Shown here: piece by piece, positions 1 through 14,566 of the stretch
Position numbering within the stretch: the stretch's first letter is position 1
Layout: every line of letters starts with the position of its first letter
Source of the DNA: Chrysomallon squamiferum
Lineage: Eukaryota > Animalia > Mollusca
Length of the DNA: 64,000 bases
Direction of reading: 5' to 3'
Assembly (NCBI GenBank): GCA_012295275.1
Contig: CM022671.1
Location: forward strand, 28,582,001-28,646,000
Notes under the pieces: model-generated
What the model was told of the DNA's origin: nothing
The model's database searches: none
The model's input: the letters and a program-made list of their open reading frames with translations, nothing else
Program-made: the position numbers and the translations under genes

Positions 1-896
1 TCACAAGCTGGACTTTATACATACCCGAATATCTAAACCTACCCCCAATTCTTGCAGTATTCATAACTTCACTTTTTAACTTGTATTGTCTGTTTAGAAC
101 AAAATTCAAAAATCCATACAACCAATTACTGAACCGTACAAACATTAGTAAATGTTACGTCTGCTTTGCGTATCTTACAAGTTCGGCACTGAAGTTTAGG
201 TTCAAGAATTTCCTATCAATCACATACATCTGAAAAGTCTGTCAATTGCCAGCTGCCATCAAATGTGTCATGGACATAAGCTGTCACACATCGATGGAAT
301 CTTCATTAAAACTTTTAGATGACTGATCACCTCTCAGTAATAGATGTATATTGTTACTCAATATATATATACAACACATCAGCAAAGTTCAGGCCAACTG
401 GAAAGGTATTATTTAAAGTTTTTATTTATTTATTTGGTTTAAAACTACTTTATCTCAGTGCTAATCTAAAATATAGCAGCAAATATAAAAAATTGAAAAA
501 AAAAAAAATGTAAGCAATGCATACAGAATTGAATGATTAATTTCACTGGGATTTTAATAAAATTACAAAAAGCTTTTATTTGTTGGTGGGTTTTTTTGTT
601 TGTTTGTTGTTGTTTTGATTTTTTTCAACAATATTAAAAATCAGACATGTATAATGGTAGTAAATGTCAAAAACTTGTTTATTATGGTTTTTTTGATTTT
701 TTTTGTTATTATTTATTTATATATTATTTTTTTAAACAAATTAACAACATAAAAAAAAAAAAAAACATACTAATTCATTTTCGCTGCCAGTATATGCAAA
801 TGAATAATTAATACAGCTGACTGCTTAACACAAGTGCCAGAAACAATATTTTTATTATTTTATATCAGGCTGGTTAGGGGGTTTCTTGGGGCAGTG

Positions 897-928
<32 letters not shown>

Positions 929-1292
929 TTAAAGTACTTCATTATACAAGCTGTATCCATTATATTTGTAATTGTAATGAATGTCAAAAAAAAAAAAAAA
1001 ATAATAATAAAAAAAATAAATAAATAATAAAAAAAAAAAAAAAAATGTTCAGAAGTAAATGATTAATTTTACAGCCAATCTTGAACAGTGGTGGTAGCAA
1101 ATGCCAAATTTTTATTTTATTATTATGATAAAACATGTATAATGATAATGATTCATGACCCTGCCACTACCAGATATACAAGATAGACAAGATATACAAG
1201 ATAGAAAAGATAAAAATTTGAATACGTTTTTACAGAACTGAATGATTCATTTTAATGTATTGTTGAAAATGGTGGCATTTAAAATATAGGCT

Positions 1293-1296
<4 letters not shown>

Positions 1297-1342
<46 letters not shown>
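1297..1342. repeat. (TA)n microsatellite
   Basis: Perfect dinucleotide run visible in the sequence. Confidence 0.95.
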
Positions 1343-1344
<2 letters not shown>

Positions 1345-1999
1345 CATATGCCTTATAATTTAATTAATTAATTAATTATTATTATTATATAGATTCAAAA
1401 TAATAATAATAATAATAAAATAAATAAATAAATAAATAAATGAACAATAAAATAAAAATTAAAACAAAAAAGAGAAAACAATGAAATAAAGAAAAAACAA
1501 GTGGAAACCCAAAAAGCAAAAAGCAAAAAGGTTTAAATATTTGCTTGTTGTGGATTTCAACACCACTATCTTGTGGGTCCTTTTATCTATATATATAAAG
1601 ATTGTTGAGCAGCAGAAAAGTGAGGAGAAACTGTTGACTTGGCTTCACCTGTATAAACAAGAATCAGGTGAGAAAACAATGTATATTGACACACTGTGTA
1701 GTGATGGAATAGATGAGAAACTGACCAGTGGTCAGAGCTAGTACAGTTTGGATAAATAACACACAAATAAGGAAAACATTTTCTTTTTAATATTGTTTTT
1801 CTTTCTGTTGTTAAGATTTTAGTTTGATCTGTTTTTTAAATTTTAATGTGAACTGACAGTGCTATTAAACATTTTTAAATAAATAAAAACATGATTCTAA
1901 AGAAACTATATAAATCAACTAAAATTTACCCCCCTAAAAAACTTCCACAAACAAATAAAAGAGAATACAAAAATAAATAAAGAAATCAAAATATTAATG

Positions 2000-2033
<34 letters not shown>

Positions 2034-2156
2034 TAATAACAATAATAGTAGTAACAACAAAAACAACTGCAACAACAATAATAATTATAACAAACAAACA
2101 AATAAACAAATAAATGAATAAATAAAAACAAAACTAACAGTGAATATGCTGTCTAC

Positions 2157-2225
2157 CGTTGGTATCAGGTTCCAGCTGTTTTGTCACAACATTCTGGATA
2201 AGTGTTTTGGGTTTGGGCAGAAAAA
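2157..2225 (-). CDS. Candidate internal exon (69 nt, phase 1-1) of an unidentified minus-strand gene
   Basis: Acceptor TTCTTTAG| and donor |GTAGAC. Only one frame is open: xFLPKPKTLIQNVVTKQLEPDTNx. It could splice to a candidate terminal exon at 1648-1587 (GEAKSTVSPHFSAAQQSLYI*). No homology recognised. Confidence 0.25.
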
Positions 2226-2719
2226 CTAAAGAAATCAATGTCAGTTACCTATGTAGATGTTTCAGGACACATTTACTCTATATTTTTAAAACACTTTTAC
2301 TTATGAAATCTGCTGACAGTAATTCATAACTCATTGAAAAGGAAACTTGTTAATATGTAATTCGTCAAAGCCACTGCAAGTAATGAAAGCTGCTGTGTGA
2401 CAGATGCTGAGGCAATAAAAAGACTAGTTCAGACAAAGGAGAAATATAACCTGTTTGGGTTGAAAGCTTTTTAATATTCTTTTTTATGCACTGTATTCCT
2501 TTAAGAGAAACATGTTCACCACATTATATACTTAATACTTAAAATGTGAAATACTTTTAAGAACAAACAGAGAAATAAAATAAAATAAAATAAATAAATG
2601 GACAGACAGATATTAACAGTACCTAAAACTATTTTAATATTACCTAATACAAGATGTCAAATAAAGTCTTGGCATTATTAACATTATGAAACAGAAACGT
2701 AACCACCCTGACAACCTTT

Positions 2720-2815
2720 ATTGATTAGTATCAAAGAATCATTTAAATGCACTTTGCCACAAACTGGATAGATCATCCAGTGATCTTTGATAAGCCTGGT
2801 CTGGAACGTCAACGG
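2720..2815 (-). mobile_element. Degenerate SINE central-domain fragment (Meta/Nin-type); a second fragment lies near 3035-3100
   Basis: ATTAGTATCAAAGAATCATTTAAATGCACTTTGCCACAAACTGGATAG...TGGTCTGGAACG and AACAGGGATCTTTAATGTGCATTTTCCCACAGA resemble each other. They also resemble, from memory, the reverse complement of the conserved ...AAAGATCCC... core of invertebrate tRNA-SINEs. Needs RepeatMasker/Dfam confirmation. Confidence 0.35.
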
Positions 2816-4415
2816 GAATGGTTATCAGACTAAGATACATGCTAACAAGGATTGATCGTAGATATTACAATTACATTAGACTTATTTAATTATTTACTAT
2901 AGCATGATCCTTTTTGAAGTGTACATTTAATATATCTATTTCAAACAGTGTACAAGTCACAGTGATGTACAATTTACAACACAAATGAAATAAAAACAAA
3001 CTGGTAATAGTTAATATAGTTTTCAAAACTGGAAACAGGGATCTTTAATGTGCATTTTCCCACAGATAAAGAGAACCATGCTGTATGAAAAACCTTTGGC
3101 ATTTAAACACACATACAGCTACTAACAAATAAAACAGAACTGGTTTAAACAGGTTGATCAGTCTTTAGGGCAATAATGTTACAAATTTATTTATTTATTT
3201 ATATATATTATATATATATATTTATATATGTTTTAATAGCTTTGGAATTTTATGGTCTGTTACTGCTGAATTAGCTAACAATTTATTGTATTTATAATGT
3301 GCATGCGAGGGTGTATATGCATGTATATGTGGGTTGTGTGTGTCTATATGTGTGTGTATGTGTGTTTATGTATATATATATATAGTTGTTTAAAGATGAA
3401 AACCATCATGTTTGAACATATACAGCTCTGATCGTTACAAACAATCCTTCAAACCAGATAGTAAGACATTTCTAAGTACATGACCAGCGGTTTTGACCTT
3501 GGGAACATAGAACTATCAGAAACAAATCAATAAAACCTTTCAATACGATTAAGCCTGAAACTAATGCACCGATAATTTACAAATTACCAGTGTGCCGACA
3601 CTGCTCACCTAAACCTGCTCTGACAGGGGAATAGAAGATCAAATAACTGTCAGGAGATCACAATAGTGCTATTTACCATAACAGTTGTCTGTGGTTTCAA
3701 GATCAATGATGTAACATTGAAGCTGCCATAATTATTAATTAACAAACAGAACCTGTTTATTAATGTATTTTCAGTTTACTGAATGAACTGCTTAATGATA
3801 GCAGTTATTTAGCAATAAAACTATCAGCAGTTTAATAGAGTCATCTAATGTTTAATATATTCTGTTAAGTACCAAGGTAATCATGCTGAAAGCAGTTTAT
3901 GCTTACACATACATTTTATATTAATAGGTCTATTTTGGTATAAATAAATGCAGGTTGTACAAGAGATTAAAAAAAATAATAATAATAATAAAAACTTAAT
4001 ATATAATTTTATATGCATGTATATATTTGGTTATTTAGGTAAATTTAGTTTCAAAATTATGGAAATTTTTTTTTTAATAAAAACAGACTTAATTTCATGT
4101 TATTTTACTTACATGTCAGTAGAAATTTTAATAATGTGTGTAATATAAATAACAATTACACAATGACTTTCCATTATAAAGATTATATTAAAGCACAAAT
4201 TTTAAAGGTTTAATTTGTAATTCATCGTTTGATCTTAAAATCAAAGGATATATTACTATATTACTGGTTATTGTGGCATTTTAAAACTTTAATTTTGTTT
4301 TGTTTTTGTTTTTACATCTGTGTATTACAAAATATCCTTTTCATGCTTAAATTAAATTTTGAAAATTAAAAAAAAAAAGAGAAGTAATTTGTCAGATATC
4401 TTTTTTTTCACTTAC

Positions 4416-4451
4416 CAAAAACATACGACTTGCTCTTCTTCTAAGAGTCAT
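4416..4451 (-). CDS. Candidate alternative first coding exon, MTLRRRASRMFL (phase 0)
   Basis: ATG at 4451-4449 has A at -3 and an in-frame stop upstream. The donor TTG|GTAAGT is a perfect consensus. The peptide contains an RRAS basophilic-kinase motif. The exit phase matches the exon at 9713-9949. Confidence 0.4.
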
Positions 4452-5988
4452 CCTTGCGTTAGTAAAACGGTGTCCACCAAAAAATGACCAGACTCGTGCA
4501 CAGCACTGCACTTACTCATGACTTACACATGATTGACATCCTGAGATAGGCAAAATGCAGGATGTAGAACATAACACTTGTAAAAGGGGGCGACGCCAAA
4601 GTGTCGCTGAAAATTTAATCCTACTTTGACATATCCAGAAAATCAGGAAATGAGCACTAGGATCTCAACTAGTTCATTGAACAACAATACATGTACATCC
4701 TTAAGTGATACTTATTTACTACTGAAACAGCTGTAAACAAAATCCGTGTTGTCACCGGCTAATCCATAGGTAAAATAATTTCAAAATACACATCACACAA
4801 AGCATAAAGTTTGCCAATCCTAAAGGACAACAATGTCATTCGACATCATTTGTAAAGGTAACAAAATCTTAAAGCTCAGGTGTCACTCAACTTCAAAGTC
4901 ACATAATGTAAAGGTGATCAGGTACAGCGTATAAACTGATCTGTCTGTATCTCATGACAAAGGACATGTTACAAAATGCAGCAGGTTTTAGTTTTTAACC
5001 CTTCTGATCAAGAAATTTCGAAAAATATCCAACGGTAATCACTAACACTTCACACTGAGACATTCACAACCCTTCAAATATATTCACAAAGTTGTATTAA
5101 AACATAAGTGTTTTTTTTATATATATATAATGTATCACTGAATGAAAACTGTGAGTACTGCACATTGACATTCCCTTCACCTTGTACAACAACTGTTGCT
5201 TATTCACAGCAGACGACTTGCCAAATGGCACAACTTGTACTTAATGGCTTATATAGCTGTAACATACGTTTCACAAAAACACCATACACACACACACAAC
5301 AGCTTATTAATAATATTTACTGTCATCTAATATTTAGCCGTAAGCCACAAGTTTGCAAAACCTTTCCATATACTTTCATTTATACTGATAATCTGGCAAG
5401 TAAAACCAGATTACGAAACAGGTACTATGACACATTATAAATGTATCTTGAGTCTTTATGTTTTAAAGGTAAGTGCTTAATCCATCAAGTGACAAGGGAA
5501 AGGTTGACTGATTTATAGTTCGTGATGCTACAAAGAAAAATGTGTAAAAACTTTTTGATTATGCTTGAAGATAGCATCAACTACAACTTGTTCCCATCAG
5601 GTTCAAGTTAAGTAATTGCTGCCAACAACGTGGTGGGTATGGTGTACACCAAATCACTTCTTCCTGTACGGGGCGCCAAACACAGAAAGATGATGCCAAG
5701 AACAAATTACCAGGAAGCTACAATAATCCGCACATTACGATGTACACATTAGTAAACCCAAACATTTGTTGGAAATGAACACTGCTTGCCAAGCATTAAT
5801 CCCAGTGGGTAATATTAATCCAAGCTGCTGGCTAGAATTTAGATATTGAAAATAAGTGGTTCTTAAAATCTTTCCCTCCACCTCCAAAAAAAAAAAAAAA
5901 AAAACCATCAACAAAAACAAAACAAAAATGGTAATAGTATAAGCAATTAAATGAAATTTCAAATAGCACAAAACGATAAGTATTTTCT

Positions 5989-6022
<34 letters not shown>

Positions 6023-6769
6023 GTAAACAGCTATATAGATATTATAAGCACATGTTAAACTACAATTTATAAAAAGCTCTATTTCAAAATATGCTCTATG
6101 ACTAACACTATTAGAAACTGGGAGTCAGTTTAAATGTATGCACTTTCATTGGCTATTTTGAGATCCTGAAGTGGTTGTACATGTCATTTGAAAAGTCATG
6201 TCAATTATTAGCCAAGAACAATAGATTGAACTTCTGTATCTGACCTATACCAGTGTATTTCAGTCTGGCACACATGTACATCTATTCAGAACACCACTTT
6301 ACAGAAACACCTTCCTCTTGCAAAAATGAAAACCATGTGTAGGTAACCTGCACTTCTTTATTGCAAGTATTACTGCCTAATGCACTACAGCGTAAGAAAT
6401 TTCAAACAAATTCACACAAATAATTAAGTCTTTATTATACTCCAGAATATATTCCACTTGTTGTAGATTTTTAAATTTCATGTACCATCCATTCTGAAAT
6501 AACAATCCTGTTTTTCACTAGAACAAAATTGGAACTATTTTTGAAAATTTAAACATTTTACACAGCCCAGCTAAAATACTTAAAATGTTAGAAGGTCAAA
6601 TAAAAACAGTCTTTGGTCAAAAACAACAACAACAACAATAAAAAAAATTAAAGCTGACATAGAACACAAAGAATAAACAAAAAATTTTGAACCATATAAT
6701 TTTATTTGACACCCTATGACCAAAGAATTTTAATATGCAAGATATTCATTCATTCATTATGCACTGTTG

Positions 6770-7215
6770 CTAAGTGTTTATTCTTTCATTCTGAACACTT
6801 ATTGAATATTCAATGATTATGAACTGTCACTACATATTTATTTATTCTGAACTGTTACTGCACATTAATTTATTCTGAACTGTTACAATATATTGATTTA
6901 TTCTGGAATGTTACAATATATTGATTTATTCTGAATTGTTACAATATTTTGATTTATTATGAACTGTTTACAACATATTCATTTATTCTGAACTGTTACT
7001 ATATATTCACTCATTCTGAACTGTCACAACATATTCATTTATTCAGGACTGTTACTATATATTCATTTATTCTGAATTGTCACAACATATTCATTTATTC
7101 TGAACTGTTACAACATATTCACTTATTCTGAACTGTTACAACATATTCATTTATTCTCAATTGTTACTACATATTCATTTATTCTCAACTGTTACTACAT
7201 ATTCTTTCATCTGAA
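6770..7215. repeat. Tandem minisatellite, 28-bp unit (CAACATATTCATTTATTCTGAACTGTTA), about 15-16 copies
   Basis: Head-to-tail copies are directly readable. They are most homogeneous at about 6960-7200 and degenerate toward the left end. Confidence 0.92.
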
Positions 7216-9712
7216 ATGTAAGAATATTCAGCTGCATGAAAGTTTCCAGTTGCCTAAATGGAATTTCTGTTTGACTTTTACATGTACAACTCACTATGTG
7301 AACTTCAGTCATATTAAACAGCTGTCCTGCTTATTAACAGCAACAAACCAACCATTAATGTAAATATTGTGAATCAATATAGCTCAGACAAAAAGTGCCA
7401 TTATATGACAGCTTGATGTTGCATTGATTTATCTCCAATACACCAATTAATACATAAAACCAATACGAACATAACCACAGGCAATAAGATACTAAACATA
7501 TCTTTCCAATAACCTGATTATTAGGCTCTGTAAAGCTTGTAATATTCTATGAGTACATAAAAGTGCTCTCATATTGCTGGTTACAAATATTTAAAAATCT
7601 ACTGATCATAATATTAGAAACAAAGATTAAAATACAAAAGGCCAGTGAAGTATAAAATGAAAACCCTCTTATTAGAAGTAAATAATAAAAATGAATTTAA
7701 CATGTCACATTCAAAAGCAATGCTTTATGCTAACCTAATATACTGATAAGAAAAGGAATTCAGATGTTATTGTTAGAATCTAAAACACAAATCCACAATG
7801 TAGTCAGAACGTCAGAATTATGATTATAACCGAGTTTAAATGCAAATATTATTTGTTATGTCATTTAGAAGACTTTATTTAAATCCAATAAAATTAAATC
7901 ACATAACAAATATAATATGCAGAAGATATTACTGGCATGAATTAAAATATTATACTCATAACTTGAATAATTAAAAACCATTTTATAAACATCTTAAGTA
8001 TTAAATAACAGGCATTATTATCTAAGTATTTCTTCTTTTCCATTTTAAGATGGGATGAAAAATGCATTTCAATGCAACTAAAAAGGGATCCAAAACACAA
8101 TGACTACAAACACATTAGCAAAAAAAAGTATTTAAAAAAATAAAATAAAATGCCATTGTGTTTAACCTGGATTATTATTTTTCATGCTCACTGATTGTAA
8201 CTGAACAAGATCACATATTTTAGCAGATCTACAATAGATGTTCACTGACTGGAACTTCAGGTGCACGACACTAATGTAACTTTTTTTTTTACTGCTGTCT
8301 TTGTCAAAACTTTTATATATACATGTGTACTTGAAAACAGGGTTCTACATATCTAAAGGAAAAAAAAAAAAAAAAGTAGACGAAAATAAAAAAGTGTTGA
8401 ATACACAAATAATTCAGAATAAATACACACATTTCAGAAAATGCAATCCATTGAATACATTTCTTCATTGATTAATCTATAAACTCATTTCTAAAGAAAT
8501 ACAAATTATTTGTAATGAACAAATTTTTTTTTTGTTGTGTTCAGGAAGAAGAATTTACTTGCTTCAATCAGCTCTTTTATGTCCACATGCAAATGTAATC
8601 ACCAAGTTCTCAAAACCACAGTTGGAGTAATCTTATCTTAAAATTACAGTTAATCATTAGTGACTCCATTTAGATTTATTAACACAATAATTACTGAAGT
8701 AATTTTGTCATTCCTTGGATGCTTAAAATAGAACTGAAACTTGGGAGCCTGAAATTTGTGAAAAATGAAAATAAAAATAAATAAGTAAGCATAAACCAAC
8801 CAACAAATAAAAACAATCCTCAAAAATAAAACCCCAAAACTGACCAACAAAAGATTAATTTCTAAAAAAAGAAAAAGAAATACTTTTGCACAAATAATGA
8901 AATAAAACCCTCTATCAATAGATATTTTTTCAGAAATACAAAAAGACATCAAAATCAAATGTTTGTTACTTTTATAGTCGACATAGAACTAGAATATGAA
9001 AGACCTCACTTGTAACATTAGATCAGTGAAAGAAGATAATTAAGTGAGATTCTACAGTTTACACCCAGCTTGACCATCAAAAGATTCTCTATGGTTGCAG
9101 TAACTCAAAGAGACAGAAACAAGATACACATTCTCTGTTATCCTCCTTCAAACAACTCTACATTATTTCTGTCTTTGTGATCTTAAATGCATAGAGAGTC
9201 TTCAATGGCAAAGTAATAGTTTAAACCAAGTGGACAAGATTAATTTGGCAAAACCTGAATATTTTACAACCGGTGTTCAAGCAGATTTGTTTCAGCTTGG
9301 TGAAGAATAAACCAAACATGAAATCATTTAGTGATATTTAATACACTGACATTTAAAGCAGTAATGCATAAAATTAATTTTTGACATAGCTAATTAACTC
9401 AAAGCCTCTTGAACTAAATGATGTTTATATGTCTTCTAACAAATGGGCTAAAAAGTACATATCAGAATTTATTTGAGGTTTTTTTTCAATAAAAGAACAA
9501 TAAATTTTAAAAAAACCAATATTACAGAAAATGTTGATAAAATACTGAAATTAATGACCTTTTATGACTACTGTATTACTGAATTATACAAACTTACTTC
9601 TTAATATATTTTTATACAACTTGTAATATTCATAAGAACAGCATTTATCAAAATTACAAGCACACATTTTATGCCTTTCAGACAGACATGAAAATAAAAC
9701 ACATATTCTTAC

Positions 9713-9949
9713 CACTTTCATCTCAAACAGTTTGACTAAATTTCGAACTGATGTTCTTGATCCTGTCCTCATGAGATTTATCAAACTTCTGTCACGTTTC
9801 ATTGTTTTTTCTTGACAGTCTTCCTGCGTTGGAAACACAATCTGACTTTTGGACCTGCGGGATCGGAATCGGCCCCTTGATCTACTCCGTGCTTCCCTGG
9901 CATTTTGTATTTTGGGGTCTTCGCATATAACAACTTTTTTAAGTGACAT
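9713..9949 (-). CDS. Probable first coding exon (79 codons, phase 0) of an unidentified minus-strand gene continuing leftward
   Basis: AAAAAAATG start context. The ORF is not low-complexity (MSLKKVVICEDPKIQNAREARSRSRGRFRSRRSKSQ...SVRNLVKLFEMKV) and is locally richer in GC and CpG than its flanks. The donor GTG|GTAAGA falls exactly at a codon boundary. Confidence 0.6.
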
Positions 9950-12900
9950 TTTTTTTTGTCAATTATGTTCAAAACTTAAATAAATAAATACACAGATCCA
10001 AATTTCATTTCAATATCAAAGACTGGCTTTCACATAATAAAGACAACTCTGTGTTATGAAAATGTTCTCCTATCATTTTCCATTCCATCTTCTGAAACTA
10101 AATTTAACTTAATTCAAATCAATTTTGTATATCCAGACACCTGTTTAAATTTGGCTGGCTTATTTCTGTGTGTTTGGTAGATATTTTTTCTTAATCTGAT
10201 TTCTTTGCAGACAGTTACTGAAATCAGTAATCCGTAATTTACCCAAACAAGTGGCGCTGCCTGGTTTGATTAAACTCACAAGATATGAGAATTGTGTAGT
10301 CTTCATTCCAATACACATTGTATAATCAAGAGCACACATATAGCACCTGGATGGAACATGCAACAGTTCTGCTGACAGAAGCTAGGTATTTTGGGAATTT
10401 CTCTCGCAACATTTACTTCTGACATTATCAGAGCTTTTCCCAGATCAAAGCTCAACACCATTGTCATGTACTTGAGAGAGGTCTTATTCTAGGTGGCTTC
10501 TTGACATCTCAATAACTTTTCTTCATATTCTGTTGGCACCAACCAAATATTTACAATGTACTTGACATCAATACAAATAACCTACTGATACAAATCACAG
10601 GAGCATCTCAAACTGAGAGAGAGAAAAAATGATACACCTTGTGGTATCAGATAGTTTATTCATATAACAGGACAGATTAAGACATTAGCATGGGTACCAA
10701 CACGAATCAAATATCAGGTGACACTGTGAAATGAAAGACAATCCATTATTATGAAGTAAAAAAATGCACAGTTGGCATTTCAATTGCAGAATCAATAAAG
10801 CCATGTGAATTAAACTCAGCTAAAATTTCATTCAATGGTTCATTAATTTCCAGATAATTCCCACATAAATCCTACTGCCATTTTCATAGCAATCACATTT
10901 GTCATCTCTGCCTGGAAACTGCTCCACTTAAAAACATTACTTGGGAATTATTCTTTGGACACACAATACCCAACAGCATACCTGTCACTAAAATCAATAA
11001 CTGCTTGGATTAACAGAGGAATGCTGTAGCAGATCAGAAAATCTTAAGACAAACATATGCTCTGCTGTACATCGTCCATCTATGAAGTATTAGTTTTCTG
11101 CTGACCACAATTTCAAAAAAATATATTCATGACTATAAAAACCATTCCAATGAAACTTCAGAAGACTAGAATTTATACACATTTCTTATTCATAATGACA
11201 GACTGAACATAAATGAAACCAAAACAGTGTTAAAATTCTGGTTTTTCTTTCATTTGTTATAATACCATCCTTTGACAAATTCGTCAAACATACAAGCCGT
11301 GTGACTCCTATAGGCTTGGCTGTCAGCTTGTCATAGTTAAATGATGAACCATCCACAAGTATTTACCTTATATACAGTCCACTCAGCAGTTCACAATGTC
11401 TCCTGGTGAGCTTTTTCATTTGTTTGTTTAGTCCAGCCTTCAGTGTACCAATGCAAAAGAAACAACACTTTTCCCCTATTCACTGTATAGTTTCTTAGCT
11501 ATAATCCAACAATAGAAATATTGAAAGTCTTCAAATATTTGCTTCATTCAAGTACATTATCCACAGGTTAAAACGAAGAAAAAAAAAAAAAGCACCACAC
11601 CTGTAAACCAGTTTATTATGATGAAATAAAAGGTAAGACAAGCAGTGAAAGACTTTACTGGAAGATCAGTTACACTCACTGGTAGTATTAACGATTGTAA
11701 ACTGAGATGTACTCTTATGTACTGGCATGGCCTTTGTCAAAGACGTGTCATTTAAACCACTTCACATTTTAGAAGAGCCTGTGATATAGCGACACTCTGA
11801 TAAATTGTTTGTAGGTATTGTGGAAACATTCATTATGCTGGAGAGAGAAAAAAAACAGTCTGGATCAAGTTACTCCTCTTGAAACCTGTGTTAATGGGCA
11901 CTGTTCACAAAATATACTGTACCAATTAGTAATTTTTCAAAGGACATCAAAAGTAACCCAGAAAACACCAGATATGTTCATACCACACAGCTTGAGACAA
12001 CAGAATATAAGTGAAGAATGGCATTTCTTAAAATCCAAATTTGTATCAAGATTGGCAGAATAATGAAGACTTCCTAGTTTGTGATGTTTCCATTTGATAA
12101 AAATGCTGCATCATATTAACAAGCAAATTATTAATAAAATGCTACACAGTGATTCTGTAGTGCACTCTTTTCTAGAAAGAGATAATTATTACTATCACCT
12201 GGTGGCTAATTTGTTGCTGATGATTAGCAGTGTGGCTACTGCTGGAGTTTGGCAAAAATCAAGTTACTTCATTAGATCTGTTTGGACCATATGTTTATAA
12301 AGATTTGGTCCCAGTGTTGGATACCAAGTGTTTTTAACCCAACAGAATGACCTATGACCCATCATCAATCAACGGTCTGCACAAATAAAAATAAAAAAAA
12401 TTTCTTTGAAGGAAAGCATGTGGAGAAAGCAATTTCCCTGTCTGTTCTGATGACTGCGGCAGGGCAGCTGGGCACAAGTCTGGCCTGTTAAACAGACCAA
12501 TGTCCAGGTATTTTGGGCCATCGTTATCCTGTCTGTGATCTATGGTAAATGTGTGCTATATGGTATGATTTGTCTGTTCAGCAGAATCTCTTAACGTTAA
12601 TAGAAATATGTTTAACTGTTAGCAGTAAAAGGAGGGCAGATATTTTTATATTTATTCTGGGGTATAAACAAAATAATAAAAATGTTATTGCAACTCAAAA
12701 GTGTGGACATGTAATACTGAACTTTGCAAAAGATATTTTAGAACAGAAATAAAATAAGTAATTAAATATATAAATAAACTCTAAGTCTTTTTAAATGTGT
12801 ATTATTATAACACACATTTAACAATAATTAAAGCTTTACAATGAAACAGAAAAAAACCAAACAATAATTATTAATGTCTTTTACTAATTCATCTTTATTC

Positions 12901-14229
12901 TTGTTCTTGTTTTTATTATGAAATAAGGTAATTTTACAGAATCATGAATCCACAAGTTATTAGCAGAAGAATTTTTCTAATCGTTATTTCAAACAGTTTT
13001 GTAAACAGTTTATTACATGATCTGTCAAAACCAGAATCAATACCTGCTTTTAGGCAGCTCTGCATGTCTGCAAAATTTGTATTCTATTATTATCATTATA
13101 TATTGTTATCACAATTAGAAAACAATATTATTTACACTGTTTGATCTATTAAAATATCACTGTTATAATAAATATGAAGTTTGAAAATGGAAGTTAAAAA
13201 GTCAGCCTTTATTTTAAGGGCAGTACACTACTGTATTCCATCCATTCAGGTAAGATACAAACGGCAAGTTGCATGTTAGTAAACCAGTAACAGATGCACA
13301 GATGGCCTCTCATTATGGGGCAACCCTTTAAAGGTGAATCCTTTCAGTAAACAAAATTGTCCATATCCAAGTCAATAAGTAGGCAGTCTGCAGAAATGGC
13401 TAACAGTCTGGGAGTGAAACTATAAGCTAAATGCACTAATCCATCTTAGTAGTGGAAAGGTAACACCTGTGAAAACTGGGTGAGTGGTTAAAACAGATTA
13501 GGCTAAACTGTTCTTCAAAGCTCGGATACATGTACATGTCATGTGTGTGTTAATTGATCACTTTTAAAATAACTTCCAACTGCTTCTGACAAAAAAAAAT
13601 ATCCTAAGTAGGTGAAACAGTAAATTCCATACATAGATCTTAGTACATCTGAGAAAATTTAACTTCAGAACTGTGATGAGAATAACATACAATTTGGAAC
13701 AATGGAATGTTAATGACAGCTACTTTATGGTTACAGTAATGCAGTGACATTGAAACAATCAAGAACCTGAATAAAAATTCTAAAATTATTTGTTAACTTG
13801 ATACATGCTCTTGGTTTCTAAAAACTATTTGACATTCTAGTGATATTCCAATTACTTTTCCCCCACACTTTAAAAGTATTATATTATTGTTGTTTTTTAA
13901 AAACAATAAATTAAATAAATAATGGAACAAAATTTAAATTTAAGAACTGTTGTTCTTAATTTTATGTAAAAAAGTATTAAATTTTAAAGACTTAATTTTT
14001 CAATACAAAACTGAGAGGGTATTTTTGCCAGATATAAAGTAACTATCTGAAGTTGTTTCAATGTTTGTTTCTCTGAGATATTCTGAAGACTATCCAGTTA
14101 ATATCATGATTATCTTATTTTCTCTTTGCTTAAATATCTCATAGATTTCTTTCTTTCTTTCTTCTACTTTTTTTTTTTTTTTTTTGTTATTTAATCACTT
14201 GACTTTATAGAAATAACTGAAATATATTA

Positions 14230-14566
14230 CAGGTACCAGAACGATTATCTGGTGTCCTGAAATCCGGAAAGACCAGAAAACCAGAAGTTTTTTCTCTACA
14301 CTATTTTCATAGTATGTGCATGCGGATGTTGTCCTCACCAGATCAAAACTACTTTTTCAAGCCGCATGGCATTCATTCACTCGCCGCTTGTTTATGTGTC
14401 GAATTGCCACAGTTGTGTATTGTCAATTTTTTAAATGTTTTTAATCTTAAAATGTTTATGCCTAATTATTTATGTATTTAGATGCCTTGGTACCAGAAAC
14501 CCAGAAAATCCAGAAATCCAGAATGCCTCAGGCCCCAAGGAGTCCAGATAATTGGTTCGGTACCTG
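14230..14566. mobile_element. Non-autonomous Tc1/mariner-superfamily (pogo/Tigger-like) MITE, 337 bp
   Basis: Imperfect TIRs of about 23 bp: left CAGGTACCAGAACGATTATCTGG, right (reverse complement) CAGGTACCGAACCAATTATCTGG. TA target-site duplication at 14228-14229 and 14567-14568. Subterminal AAA(T)CC(A/G)GAA direct repeats at both ends. No transposase ORF. Confidence 0.85.

Noticed and set aside
25-64. Possible minus-strand mini exon MNTARIGGRFRYS with a GTATGT donor
   Set aside because: Phase 1, which is inconsistent with the other candidate first exons, and it sits at the window edge, so it cannot be supported.
6770-7215. 28-bp repeats as a possible CRISPR array
   Set aside because: Units are head-to-tail with no unique spacers, there are no cas genes, and the context is eukaryotic intronic DNA. 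This is an ordinary minisatellite.
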